From positions 67,427 through 131,426 of the forward strand of contig CBFIJD010000003.1 in assembly GCA_965662845.1 (NCBI GenBank): a DNA stretch of 64,000 nt. The letters run 5' to 3'. Both the position numbers and the translations under genes were made by a program. The notes under the pieces were generated by a model that ran no database searches, was not told where the DNA came from, and saw nothing but the letters and a program-made list of their open reading frames with translations. Below, in pieces: positions 20,630-30,866 of this stretch (position 1 is the stretch's first letter; each line of letters starts with the position of its first letter). The stretch is from an uncultured bacterium (GTDB lineage: Bacteria; SAR324; NAC60-12).

Positions 20630-21361
20630 ATGCTGCTGCGCGTGGACAAGCCGCTGAACAAGCGCGTGCAAGAGGCGCTGTTGCAGTTGATTCGGGAAGA
20701 GCAGCTGCAACCCGGCGATCAAGTACCGACCGAAGCCGAGCTGAGCCAGCGCTTCGGCGTGGGGCGCTCCTCGCTGCGGGAGGCGATGGGCAATCTGGTC
20801 GATCAGGGCATCTTGGAGAAGTCTCACGGACGCGGGACGTTCCTGCGGCAGCTGCCGGTCATGCTCGCGAGTGGCCTAGAAGAGCTGACGAGCGTAACAG
20901 AGCACATTCGTAACGTCGGAGCGGTCCCTTCTACCGGGCGAATGCAGGTCTCTGCAATCGAAGCCGACGAAGCGCTCGCGCTCAAACTCCAAGTGGCTCT
21001 CGGCACCGCCTGCTATCGCATCGAGCGAGTGCGGCTCGCCGACAGCGTCCCTGCCGCCTACTGCATTGACATCATTCCGCAGCACTTACTGCCCTCGGCC
21101 CTCTCTCAAGCATCCTTCGCCGAGTCGCTCTTTGATTTGTTGAGCGAGCATCACCACCCTGTGTCGCACACCGAGAGCCGCATCACCCCAACGGTCCTCA
21201 CCCGCGACGACCTCCCCGAACTAGAGAGCGAGCAAGCTTTCTTTCTGCTGTTTGAAGAGGTCAACTACGACGTCCGCGGCGTCCCAGTTTGTTACAGCAA
21301 CGACTACTACAGCAGCCAAGTCTTTGAGTTTAAGATCATCCGCAAGCGCAACCTCAAATAG
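20630..21361 (+). CDS. GntR family regulator, HutC/UTRA subfamily
   Basis: PTEAELSQRFGVGRSSLREAM HTH, GRGTF, UTRA-like C-terminus. Confidence 0.93.
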   Translation: MLLRVDKPLNKRVQEALLQLIREEQLQPGDQVPTEAELSQRFGVGRSSLREAMGNLVDQGILEKSHGRGTFLRQLPVMLASGLEELTSVTEHIRNVGAVPSTGRMQVSAIEADEALALKLQVALGTACYRIERVRLADSVPAAYCIDIIPQHLLPSALSQASFAESLFDLLSEHHHPVSHTESRITPTVLTRDDLPELESEQAFFLLFEEVNYDVRGVPVCYSNDYYSSQVFEFKIIRKRNLK

Positions 21362-21376
21362 CCTAGAGGAACCTAT

Positions 21377-22633
21377 ATGGAATATCGTCAACTCACGACG
21401 GAGACCGTCCCGACCTATCTGCGAGAGCTGCCGGAGTTGCTGGGAGTCTTCTCTAGTTTTGACGACCTGCACGTGGAGGAAGTCGGCGATGGCAACCTCA
21501 ACTTTGTGTACAAAGTCCACAACCGCCAGAACCCCGCCGAGACGGTCGTTGTCAAGCAAGCGGTACCGTTCCTGCGCATCGTAGGAGAGTCGTGGCCGCT
21601 CTCGCGCTCTCGCATGAACTTCGAGATTGAGGCGCTGGCCCATCAGGCTCAGTTTTGCCCGCAGCATGTGCCGCAGGTGTTCCACGCCTCGAAAGAGATG
21701 TCGCTGGTTGTGATGCAGAACCTCAACCGACACGCGGTGCTGCGCGGTGAAATGATCCAAGGCAAGGTCTTCCCCAAGCTGGCGGATCACGTCTCGACTT
21801 TCTTGGCAAACACGCTCTTCCCCACGACCGACCTCTGCCTGAGCGGCCCAGAAAAGAAGGCGCTGGTGGCCAAGTTCATCAACCCGGAGCTGTGCCAGAT
21901 CACCGAGCAGTTTGTGCTGACAGACCCCTACGAAGACAGCCCGACGAACGTCTATCACGAGCTAGTCACGCAAGCCGACAAGGACTACCTGCAGCAAGAT
22001 GAGCAGCTCAAGGTTGCGGTCGCGGAGATGAAGTACGCCTTCATGAACCACGCGGAGGCGCTGCTGCATGGAGATCTGCACATCGGCAGCATCATGGCCA
22101 ACGAGGAGGAGACTTTCATGATTGACCCCGAGTTCGCTTTCTTCGGACCGATTGGTTTTGACGTCGGGGCGTTCATCGGGAACCTCTTCCTCGCGTATTT
22201 CGCTCACGAAGTCCGTCAACAGATGCTCGGGCGCGAACCTTACGAGTATCGCAGCTGGATCCTCCGCACCGCGGAGGCGACGTGGCACGGCTTCCACAGC
22301 AAGTTTGAGCAGAACTGGCTCGCTCATGAGCCCCAGAACCCATCCCACTACTGGAGTTATCCTGGCGGATCACGCGGCTTTGCGATGCAACGGCGCAAGT
22401 TCTTAAACCACATTTTTACGGACATGGTGGGGTTTGCGGCCTGCAAGATGATGCGTCGGATCTACGGCCTCGCGAAGGTCGCGGACATCGCTGAGATCCC
22501 CGACCTGCCTGCCCGCCTTGCCGTGGAGCGCAATGTGTTGCGCATGGGCAAAATCATGGTCACGCAGCGGGAGCAGTTCCACGACATCGAAGAGCTGACG
22601 GCTCTTGCCAACGAAATCTCTCCGTTGCGCTGA
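21377..22633 (+). CDS. mtnK: S-methyl-5-thioribose (5-deoxyribose) kinase
   Basis: EVGDGNLNFV, KQAVPF, WPL, LLHGDLHIGS, IDPEFAFFGPIGFD, RRIYGLAKVAD. Confidence 0.95.
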   Translation: MEYRQLTTETVPTYLRELPELLGVFSSFDDLHVEEVGDGNLNFVYKVHNRQNPAETVVVKQAVPFLRIVGESWPLSRSRMNFEIEALAHQAQFCPQHVPQVFHASKEMSLVVMQNLNRHAVLRGEMIQGKVFPKLADHVSTFLANTLFPTTDLCLSGPEKKALVAKFINPELCQITEQFVLTDPYEDSPTNVYHELVTQADKDYLQQDEQLKVAVAEMKYAFMNHAEALLHGDLHIGSIMANEEETFMIDPEFAFFGPIGFDVGAFIGNLFLAYFAHEVRQQMLGREPYEYRSWILRTAEATWHGFHSKFEQNWLAHEPQNPSHYWSYPGGSRGFAMQRRKFLNHIFTDMVGFAACKMMRRIYGLAKVADIAEIPDLPARLAVERNVLRMGKIMVTQREQFHDIEELTALANEISPLR

Positions 22634-22636
22634 AGC

Positions 22637-24148
22637 ATGAAAGCCCTCGTCGAAGCGCAACACATCGCAAAGTCTTTTGGAGCGACGCAAGCGCTGCGCG
22701 GTGTGTCCTTCTCGTTTTATGCAGGAGAAATCTTCGCCTTGGTCGGAGCGAACGGCGCAGGGAAGTCCACGCTGATTAAGATCATCTGTGGCTATTACGA
22801 AGACTTTGAAGGTGAGATCCTGATCGATGGACAACCGGCGCGCTTTCACAGCCCGCAAGATGCCTTCGGCAAGGGCATCCGCACCGTGCATCAGATCATC
22901 AACCAAGGCGTGATCCCGACGATGAGCGTCGCCGAAAACCTCGCGCTGCACGAACTCCTCGATCCCGCGTCGGGGATGCGTTACCGCCGCGCGTACATCC
23001 GCCAGCGCGCCCAAGAAATCGCCGCGCCAATGGAGCTGCAGTTTAAGGACTGGGATCAACCAGTCTCTGACTTGTCCCAGAGTGACCGCCAACTGATCAG
23101 CATCGCGCGCTCTTTGGTCGGGCAACCCAAGCTGCTGATTCTAGATGAACCCACCTCGTCGATCAGTACACGGGAAGCCGAGCGGTTGTTTCAAAAGCTG
23201 GAGCAGCTGCGACAAACTGGCGTAGCGATTGTGTATGTCTCGCATCGGCTGCACGAAGTTGAACGACTGGCGGATCGCGCCGGCGTAGTTCGTGACGGCA
23301 GCAAGAGCGCAGAGCTGACGCGCCCGATCCGCTCTCAGGACTTGGTGCGAGCGATGGTGGGCGAAATCGAACAAGACGCCGCGGCGAGCACTCGCCGACG
23401 GTCTCAGCGGGCGCCGCGGCTCGAGCTGCGCAATCTGGTCGTGCAAGCGGGAGCGCCGCCTTTGAACCTCGACCTGCACGCGGGCGAAATTGCTGGAATC
23501 ACAGGTCTGATCGGCGCGGGAAAGTCTGAACTCGCAGAAGTGCTCTACGGGCTGCGGGAGCCCATCTCCGGCACCATCCGGCTAGACGGAGAGCCGCTGC
23601 AGCTCACGTCGGTCGCCGCCGCGATTCGCCAAGGCATCCACTTGGTGCCGGAAGACCGCAGCAACCGCGCCGTGATCCCCAATTTCTCCGTGTGTCAGAA
23701 TCTGTCGCTGCCGTTTTTGCGCGATTTCAGCTGGTCGGCGTTGATGCAACCGCGCCGCGAACAACAAGAAGCCGAGCGGCTAGTGCACGACTTGGGCGTC
23801 AAGTGCGCTGGCATCCAAGCCCTCATCACGAGCTTGTCGGGCGGGAACCAGCAGAAAGTGATCGTCGCGCGCTGGTTGCAGAAGAAGTTCCGCGTCTTGG
23901 TGCTCGATGAGCCGTTCCAAGGCGTGGACATCAAATCGCGCCACGACATCATTCAGTACTTGCGCGAACAACTGCGCGACGAGGTCGTCTTGGTGCTGGC
24001 TGCGGATCTCGATGAGATTCTGGAGGTCGCAGACCGCGTGCTCGTACTCAACCACGGACGTCTAATGGGCGAGCAACCCCGCGATCAATTGGAACGTCCA
24101 CAACTGCTAGATTGGATCTCCGCAACGCCTACAGGTGCCCATGTCTGA
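22637..24148 (+). CDS. Monosaccharide (CUT2) ABC transporter ATPase, two ABC domains
   Basis: GANGAGKST, LDEPT, VSHRL, PEDR, LSGGNQQKV. Confidence 0.95.
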   Translation: MKALVEAQHIAKSFGATQALRGVSFSFYAGEIFALVGANGAGKSTLIKIICGYYEDFEGEILIDGQPARFHSPQDAFGKGIRTVHQIINQGVIPTMSVAENLALHELLDPASGMRYRRAYIRQRAQEIAAPMELQFKDWDQPVSDLSQSDRQLISIARSLVGQPKLLILDEPTSSISTREAERLFQKLEQLRQTGVAIVYVSHRLHEVERLADRAGVVRDGSKSAELTRPIRSQDLVRAMVGEIEQDAAASTRRRSQRAPRLELRNLVVQAGAPPLNLDLHAGEIAGITGLIGAGKSELAEVLYGLREPISGTIRLDGEPLQLTSVAAAIRQGIHLVPEDRSNRAVIPNFSVCQNLSLPFLRDFSWSALMQPRREQQEAERLVHDLGVKCAGIQALITSLSGGNQQKVIVARWLQKKFRVLVLDEPFQGVDIKSRHDIIQYLREQLRDEVVLVLAADLDEILEVADRVLVLNHGRLMGEQPRDQLERPQLLDWISATPTGAHV

Positions 24149-25172
24149 AGCCTCTGTCACAACGCACACCTCAGCGTCGGCAGCCAAAACCAAGTTTGAC
24201 CCGAAGCCGTTCGCGATTCGCTACGGATTCCTGCTCGTGCTGTGCGGCATGTTTGGGACGTTTAGCGTGCTGGAGCCAGCTTTTCTGACATGGAGCAACC
24301 AATTCTCGATTCTGCTGGGCATCGCGATCTACGGCATCCTCGCGCTGGGGGTGACCTTCACGCTTGTGGTGGACGGGCTGGATTTGTCGATCGGCGCTGT
24401 CGCCGCGCTAAGCGTGATGATCTCTTCGTACTGCATGGTGATCTTAGAGCAGGGCGCCGTCGTGAGCATTTTGGTGTGCTTGGCGCTCGGAGCGCTCGTT
24501 GGGCTCTGCAACGGGCTGCTTATCGTCAAGATGAAGATCCCCGATTTGCTCACTACGCTTGGCATGATGTTCTTGATTCAGGGGATTCAGTTGATCCCTT
24601 CGGCCGGGCGAACCATCAGCGAAGGCATGCTGCTAGAGGATGGCGAGGAAGCCCTTGGCTTCTTTGATGAAGACTTCTTGTTTTTGGGGCAGGGGCGACT
24701 CTTGGGCGTGGTACCGATCCCGGTGATCGTGATGCTCGTGATCGCGTTGCTGGTGTACATCGTCTTGGATCACACCCGCTGGGGGCGTGTGATGTACGCG
24801 ATTGGCGGCAACCCAGAAGCGTCACGACTCGCGGGGGCGCCTGTCAACACCTACCGCATCATGGCGTATGTGATCAGCGGCACGATTGCATCCATTGGCG
24901 GCGTGCTGCTCGTCGCGCGAGTGGGCGTGGGAGACATCACGAGCGGTACCGGTCTGCTCCTAGATGCCGTCGGCGCGGCGTTGATTGGGTTCGCGGTCTT
25001 CGGCGTGCGCCGCCCCAACCCGTTCGGCACGCTCGTCGGTGCGATCTTCATTGGCATGCTGCTCAGCGGCCTGACCATGCTCAGCCTGCCGTACTACACG
25101 CAAGACTTCATCAAAGGCGGCGTGCTGGTGCTTTCGCTGATGTTCACCTTCGCGCTCGCCAAGCGCTCTTGA
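24141..25172 (+). CDS. CUT2 ABC transporter permease (RbsC-like)
   Basis: DLSIG, TRWGRVMYAIGGNPEASRLAG; multiple TM helices. Confidence 0.93.
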   Translation: MSEASVTTHTSASAAKTKFDPKPFAIRYGFLLVLCGMFGTFSVLEPAFLTWSNQFSILLGIAIYGILALGVTFTLVVDGLDLSIGAVAALSVMISSYCMVILEQGAVVSILVCLALGALVGLCNGLLIVKMKIPDLLTTLGMMFLIQGIQLIPSAGRTISEGMLLEDGEEALGFFDEDFLFLGQGRLLGVVPIPVIVMLVIALLVYIVLDHTRWGRVMYAIGGNPEASRLAGAPVNTYRIMAYVISGTIASIGGVLLVARVGVGDITSGTGLLLDAVGAALIGFAVFGVRRPNPFGTLVGAIFIGMLLSGLTMLSLPYYTQDFIKGGVLVLSLMFTFALAKRS

Positions 25173-25233
25173 CTTCCCCGATGGTCGGGGGTTCCAGCGG
25201 AAGGATGTTCCGCGTGTTTGTTTGGAGGTTCTC

Positions 25234-26304
25234 ATGAAAAAGCTGATTTCCGTGCTGGCGACGCTGTTGCTGGTGCTCACCTTGTGGGTGAGCGTCTCCT
25301 TTGCGCAAAAGGCGATCCCCGGCGCGCCGCCACCTTTTGATGGCTCCCGTCCCTTGAAGGTCGCTCTGATCCAATTGCTCGTGGAAGGCGAGTTCATGCA
25401 GACCTTCCGCTCCGGCGCGCAGCGTCAAGCCGAGATGCTGGGGATGGAGTTTTTTGCGCTGAACACCAAGAACGCTGACAACAAAGCCCAAGCCGATGCA
25501 GTAGACCGCGCCATTAGCCTCGGAGTGGACGCGATCCTGCTGAGCCACGGGCGCCCTGAGACCATGCGCGAACCGATTCAGCGCGCGCTGGACAACGGAA
25601 TCCGTGTCGTGGCGTTTGACATCTACTTTGAAGACCTGACGCACATCGTGACCCACATGGCCCAAGATGACGTCCTGCTCGGCAAGATGGCGCTCGACGG
25701 GCTGGTCGCCGACTTCAACGGGAAGGCAAATGTCGGCTACATCTACGTCCCAGGCGTGCTGCCACTCGACAAGCGCGACTCCAGCTTCACCAAGATCAAG
25801 GAAGACTACCCAGGCATCCAAGAGATCGCGCGCCACGGCACGCTGGAATCGCCCATCTCCACCAAGAACGCCGATCAGGTGAAGGCGACGCTGCAAGCCA
25901 ACCGCAACATCAACGCGTACTTCGCGCCATACGATGAGTTCGCCAAAGGGGTGGTGATTGCCCTGCGAGAGTTGAACATGAGCGACAAGGTCAAGGTCTA
26001 CAGCGCAGACATCAGCACCGCTGACATCCGCCAAATGACTCAAGCCGGCAGCCCGTGGGTCGCGACCGCCGCGACGAACCCTGCAGCCATCGGCGCAACC
26101 GGCATCCGCGCCTTGGCGATGAAGCTCACCGGAGAGTGGTTGCCCCAAGAGATCACGATCCCGCCGATGCTCTTCACCCAGCAGATGCTGCGCGACAACG
26201 ACGTAAAGCGCTTCAACGACCTGTTTGAAAAGTTCCCTGAGTTCAACACCGTCGATCGCGCCAACGCGGCGTGGATTCCACGGGACTCCTCAGGCAAATT
26301 CTGA
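25234..26304 (+). CDS. Sugar ABC substrate-binding protein (RbsB-like; probable methylthioribose/5-deoxyribose)
   Basis: Signal peptide, periplasmic-binding-protein type 1 pattern, GGAGG RBS; lies between mtnK and mtnA. Confidence 0.88.
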   Translation: MKKLISVLATLLLVLTLWVSVSFAQKAIPGAPPPFDGSRPLKVALIQLLVEGEFMQTFRSGAQRQAEMLGMEFFALNTKNADNKAQADAVDRAISLGVDAILLSHGRPETMREPIQRALDNGIRVVAFDIYFEDLTHIVTHMAQDDVLLGKMALDGLVADFNGKANVGYIYVPGVLPLDKRDSSFTKIKEDYPGIQEIARHGTLESPISTKNADQVKATLQANRNINAYFAPYDEFAKGVVIALRELNMSDKVKVYSADISTADIRQMTQAGSPWVATAATNPAAIGATGIRALAMKLTGEWLPQEITIPPMLFTQQMLRDNDVKRFNDLFEKFPEFNTVDRANAAWIPRDSSGKF

Positions 26305-26323
26305 CCTACGTTTGGAGTACATC

Positions 26324-27364
26324 ATGACCATCCCCGCGACCATTCACTGGGAAGACGAAACCCTCACGCTGCTGGACCAGACCGCGCTGCCGACGCAGGA
26401 AGTCCTGCTGCAGCCCGACTCGGTAGAGGCTGTCTTTGAGGCGATCCAAAAGCTGCGGGTGCGAGGGGCGCCAGCGATTGGCATCGCGGGGGCGTATGGT
26501 CTGGTATTGGCGATGCAAACGCGGCGTGGTCTGTCGGTGGAAGCGTTTCGACGCGAGCTGCAACGCCAAGCGGATTATCTGAACAGCGCTCGCCCAACGG
26601 CGGTCAACCTGAGCTGGGCGCTGCGCCGCCTCGTAGAGAGCGCTGTCGAGCTGTCCTCCAGCGAGGCGATCTATCAGCGACTGCGCCAAGAAGCCGAAGC
26701 AATCCACGCCGAAGATCGTCAGCTTTGTCGAGGCATTGGCACGCACGGACTGCCGCTCATCACCGCAGGCTGTGGTGTGTTGACGCACTGCAACGCCGGG
26801 GCGCTCGCGACGAGTGAATTGGGTACAGCGACCGCGCCGATGTACCTCGCGCATGAGCGCGGCGTGCCGTTTCGTGTGTACTCCGACGAGACGCGCCCGC
26901 TGTTGCAAGGCTCTCGTTTGACGGCGTGGGAACTCCAGCGCGCAGGCATCGACGTCACGACGATCTGCGACAACATGGCCGCTGCGATCATGCAGGCTGG
27001 CTTGATTGACGTAGTGATCGTCGGCACAGACCGCGTCGCCGCAAACGGAGATGTCGCCAACAAGATCGGGACGCTGGGCGTGGCCATCCTCGCCCAGCAC
27101 TTCGGAGTCCCCTTCTATGTGGCGTGTCCAGCGTCCACGATTGATTTGCGCACCGCGCAGGGTTCCGACATTGTGATTGAAGAGCGCGGCGCCGAAGAAG
27201 TCACCCACTTTGGGGAGCGTCTCATCGCCCCTGAGAACATCCAAGTGCGCAACCCCGCCTTCGACGTCACCCCTGCCAGCTTGGTGACCGGCATCATCAC
27301 GGAGCAAGGGATTCTACAAGCGCCTTATGACGAGACGCTACGAGCAGCGTACGCGGGAACCTGA
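26324..27364 (+). CDS. mtnA: S-methyl-5-thioribose-1-phosphate isomerase
   Basis: LLDQT, VRGAPAIG, RPTAVNL, THCNAGALAT, ETRPLLQGSRLTAWEL, ANKIGT, NPAFDVTP. Confidence 0.97.
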   Translation: MTIPATIHWEDETLTLLDQTALPTQEVLLQPDSVEAVFEAIQKLRVRGAPAIGIAGAYGLVLAMQTRRGLSVEAFRRELQRQADYLNSARPTAVNLSWALRRLVESAVELSSSEAIYQRLRQEAEAIHAEDRQLCRGIGTHGLPLITAGCGVLTHCNAGALATSELGTATAPMYLAHERGVPFRVYSDETRPLLQGSRLTAWELQRAGIDVTTICDNMAAAIMQAGLIDVVIVGTDRVAANGDVANKIGTLGVAILAQHFGVPFYVACPASTIDLRTAQGSDIVIEERGAEEVTHFGERLIAPENIQVRNPAFDVTPASLVTGIITEQGILQAPYDETLRAAYAGT

Positions 27365-27648
27365 GCGCAGCAAGCAGGACGCAACCCCGCCTGTGTCCAG
27401 ACACACCGCGACGGAGACGCCGCGCACAGCTAGCAGAGGACACCGATGGGCCAACCGACGCGCGCGCCTCTTTGTGTATGCGGAAAAGTAGCCGGCGCGA
27501 GCTTCCAAACTGCCGCGAGAGAGCCCGCAAACTGAACCCTCGCGGTCCGCAACCGATTCCATCACGTCACAAGAAGTGGCGATCACCGTTCTGCAATGTG
27601 GATGGCAAACACGGACGGGTCATCTCCTCTTTGCACGAGTCAACACAC

Positions 27649-29682
27649 ATGTGGCAAGACCAAGCACGTCAGGTCGCGCGAGGCATCCGGCGACGCGTCT
27701 TTGAACATTCCATGCGCAACAATGGCGGCTATCTCTCGCAAGCCTGCTCCGCCGCCGAGTCCTTAGCGACCCTCTACACGCACGCAATGAACCTTGGCCC
27801 GAGCGTCGCTCCACCGCTTCCGCTTCCCTTTGCCGGCGTGCCATCGGCGCAAAATCCGGACGCCTTTACGGGCGCAGGCTACCATGGCGCGAAGCATCCC
27901 GATCGCGACCGCTTCATCATCAGCCCAGCACACTACGCGCTCGTGATCTATGCTGCGCTGATTGAGGTCGGGCGCATGGCCCCCGCAGCCTTGGAGCTGT
28001 TCAACCAAGATGGCGGCTCGGTCGAGATGATCGGCGCTGAGCACTCTCCCGGCATGGAAGTCACGACCGGCTCTCTGGCGCAAGGGCTGAGCATGGCGAT
28101 AGGAGTAGCGATGGCGCGGAAGCGACGAGGCGAGCAGGGGCGAGTGTGGGTCTATGCCAGCGACGGTGAGTTGCAAGAAGGACAGACGTGGGAAGCCTTC
28201 GCGAACCTGCACAGCCACAGAGTCGATAACCTGACGGTGTATTTCGATGTGAACTCCCAGCAGTGTGACGGCGCGATGTGCGACGTGCTGCAAATCGAGC
28301 CCATCGCGGAGAAACTCCGCTCCTTTGGTGCCGAAGTGGTCGAGATTGACGGACACAATCTCGATGAAATCGCCGCCGCCACAGCGCGCCGTCCCCAAGG
28401 CAAAGCCGTCGCGATCTTGGCGCACACCTCCCCTTATGAAGGCATGGACTTTTTGCGGCAGCGCTTCCCCCGTCTGCACTACGTGCGCTTCAAAAACCGC
28501 CAAGAACGAGACGAGCTTGAGGCGGCGATCCGCGCTCAACTATACCCAGACACATCTTCAGCGACAGCGGTGACCCCGTCCAACGCGCTCGCAGGCGTCC
28601 CTGCTGGGCTGGGCATTTATGGCGCCCACGGCTCTCCTCAAGCGTCCGCTCCTCCGCCTCCACCGGGGCCATCTGCGCCGAGCAACTTGGTCTTCAAACC
28701 GTATGTCAAGGCGTTCTTAGAATTTGCCGGAGGACGCCCAGAAATTTTGTGTCTGTCTGCCGATTTGACAAGCTCGTGTGAGATCGATCAGTTCCGAGAC
28801 CAATACCCCGAGCAGTTCGTGTCGGGTGGCATGGCCGAGCAGAACCTCTTGAGCATGGCAGGCGGCTTGGCACTGGAAGGCTTCCGACCGTTCGTCCACA
28901 CTTTCGCGGTGTTTCTCTATCGTCGCCCGTATGACCAGCTCGTCAACTCGATCGCGTACTCCAACCGCAGGGTGCGGTTGATGGGTTTTTTGCCCGGCAT
29001 CACCACGCCGGGGGGCATCACGCACCAAGCGATTGAAGACATCGCGGTGTTCCGCACGATTCCGAACATGACGGTGCTAGAGACCGGAGACGCGACCGAA
29101 GTGGAGACCGTGTTGCCGGTCGCAGACGACATCGACGGCCCTGTGTATGTGCGCGTCTTGCGGGGCGAGGTGCCACGCCTGTTCGACACCCCATTCCGCT
29201 TCAATGAACTGCGCGTCCTCAGCGAAGGCGCCGACGCGTTGGTGCTGACGGCGGGCATCACGACAGAGGAGGCCATGCGCGCTTCACAAGCCTTGCGTGA
29301 CAAGGGCGTTCACTTGCGGCATTTGCATGCTTCCACCCTCAAGCCCTTCGCGCGCGAGCAGCTTCTGCAGCACTTGTCCCGCATTCGTGGTGGCGTCATC
29401 ACGCTGGAGAATCACCTGATCACAGGCGGTCTAGGCAGCATCGTCGCCGAAATTTTGGCGGAGGAAGGCCTGAACAAGCGCTTGATCCGCCTCGGTCTGA
29501 ACGATACCTTCGCGCACGGCGCAAGCCGACCTTACTTGATGAAGAAGTATGGGCTAGACGCGCTACGCTTGGTGCGCGCCGTGGAGGAGCTGCTGGGACA
29601 CCGCACGGGGCTACAAGAGAGCGACCTCCACGCGGTGCGACTGGACGCTGTGCACAGCGCCGCAAAAGCCGAGGCGCTCTGA
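27649..29682 (+). CDS. Transketolase-like ThDP enzyme; N- and C-terminal 'split TK' subunits fused by a Pro/Ala-rich linker
   Basis: DRFIISPAH, TTGSLAQG, SDGELQEG...N ThDP motif, GMAEQN, THQA, LENH..TGGLG; linker PQASAPPPPPGP. Confidence 0.9.
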   Translation: MWQDQARQVARGIRRRVFEHSMRNNGGYLSQACSAAESLATLYTHAMNLGPSVAPPLPLPFAGVPSAQNPDAFTGAGYHGAKHPDRDRFIISPAHYALVIYAALIEVGRMAPAALELFNQDGGSVEMIGAEHSPGMEVTTGSLAQGLSMAIGVAMARKRRGEQGRVWVYASDGELQEGQTWEAFANLHSHRVDNLTVYFDVNSQQCDGAMCDVLQIEPIAEKLRSFGAEVVEIDGHNLDEIAAATARRPQGKAVAILAHTSPYEGMDFLRQRFPRLHYVRFKNRQERDELEAAIRAQLYPDTSSATAVTPSNALAGVPAGLGIYGAHGSPQASAPPPPPGPSAPSNLVFKPYVKAFLEFAGGRPEILCLSADLTSSCEIDQFRDQYPEQFVSGGMAEQNLLSMAGGLALEGFRPFVHTFAVFLYRRPYDQLVNSIAYSNRRVRLMGFLPGITTPGGITHQAIEDIAVFRTIPNMTVLETGDATEVETVLPVADDIDGPVYVRVLRGEVPRLFDTPFRFNELRVLSEGADALVLTAGITTEEAMRASQALRDKGVHLRHLHASTLKPFAREQLLQHLSRIRGGVITLENHLITGGLGSIVAEILAEEGLNKRLIRLGLNDTFAHGASRPYLMKKYGLDALRLVRAVEELLGHRTGLQESDLHAVRLDAVHSAAKAEAL

Positions 29683-30800
29683 TGGTTCAAGAACGCTTCA
29701 CCGTCACCTATCAACTCGCTTGCTCGGCAGCCGAAGCGCCAGAGTGGGCGGAGCGCATCGCTCTGGAACAGACCGTCGAGTTGCCACGACACCTCGCCCC
29801 CCAAGGCTGGATTCGCGACGAGGTCATCGGGCGCTTGGAGCGATGCCGCGCGCTCAGTGAGCGCGCCACCGAGGTGCAGATTAGCTTCCCTGTGGAAGCC
29901 ACGGCGTTTGAGCTCACGCAGCTGCTCAACGTCGTGTTTGGCAACAGCAGCTTGAACGCTGGCATTCGCGTCGCAGACATCGCGCTGTCGCCGCAACTGC
30001 AACAGACCTTCCAAGGTCCACGCTTTGGCCTCACAGGGCTGCGCGAACGGCTGGGCGTGGAGAGCAAGCCGTTGCTGATGTCTGCGCTCAAGCCGATGGG
30101 ACTGAACGCCGAACAGCTCGCCAAGCTGGCGTATGACTTTGCGTTGGGCGGCGTGGACATCATCAAAGACGACCACGGGCTCAGCGATCAGCCATGGGCA
30201 CCGTACGAAGAGCGCCTCAAACGCTGCGTGGAAGCGGTGAACCAAGCAAACGCTCAGACCGGAGGCAAGAGCTGCTACGCACCGAACGTCACCGCCGCGC
30301 CAGGAGAGATGACACAGCGGGCGTTGGCCGCGAAAGAGCTGGGCGCCGGCGCAGTCTTGATCTCACCCGGGCTGTGTGGTTTTGAGGGGATGCGCGCTCT
30401 GAGCAGAAATGTGGACTTTGGGCTGCCGATTGTCTCACATCCGGCGTTGTTGGGAGGCTTCGTTACGCATCCCCAGAATGGGATGACGCACGGGCTGCTG
30501 TTCGGCAAGCTCCAGCGCGTTGCGGGCGCAGATAGCAGCATCTTCCCCAACTATGGCGGGCGCTTTGGTTTCAGCCGCGAGGAGTGCTTGGAGATCGCGA
30601 CGAGCTGCCTCCAAGCCGACGACACGCTGGCGGCGATGCTCCCCACGCCTGGCGGCGGGATGACCGCTGAGCGTGTCGTAGACATGCGCGAAGCCTACGG
30701 TGATGACGTGATGTATCTGGTCGGAGGCGGACTTTACGGGATGTCGCCGGATTTGGTCGCCAATGTGCGCCATTTCCTCAACTTGATCGGGCGTGGCTGA
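29682..30800 (+). CDS. rlp: RuBisCO-like protein (form IV, KDDH type), probable methylthioribulose-1-phosphate isomerase
   Basis: ALEQT, FQGPRFG, LKPMGL, GGVDIIKDDHGL, SHPA, PGGG; translationally coupled to the transketolase (TGATG). Confidence 0.92.
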   Translation: MVQERFTVTYQLACSAAEAPEWAERIALEQTVELPRHLAPQGWIRDEVIGRLERCRALSERATEVQISFPVEATAFELTQLLNVVFGNSSLNAGIRVADIALSPQLQQTFQGPRFGLTGLRERLGVESKPLLMSALKPMGLNAEQLAKLAYDFALGGVDIIKDDHGLSDQPWAPYEERLKRCVEAVNQANAQTGGKSCYAPNVTAAPGEMTQRALAAKELGAGAVLISPGLCGFEGMRALSRNVDFGLPIVSHPALLGGFVTHPQNGMTHGLLFGKLQRVAGADSSIFPNYGGRFGFSREECLEIATSCLQADDTLAAMLPTPGGGMTAERVVDMREAYGDDVMYLVGGGLYGMSPDLVANVRHFLNLIGRG

Positions 30801-30866
30801 CCTTCGCTGCTGCGGAGGCTCCCGCGCTGCTTGTGGTTTTCATCATCTTTCCTCTGAGGAGCAACG

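Noticed and set aside
27649..30800. Calvin cycle locus (RuBisCO + transketolase, with fbp at 57.5 kb)
   Set aside because: The RuBisCO homologue lacks carboxylase residues, there is no cbbS or prk, and fbp is unlinked.
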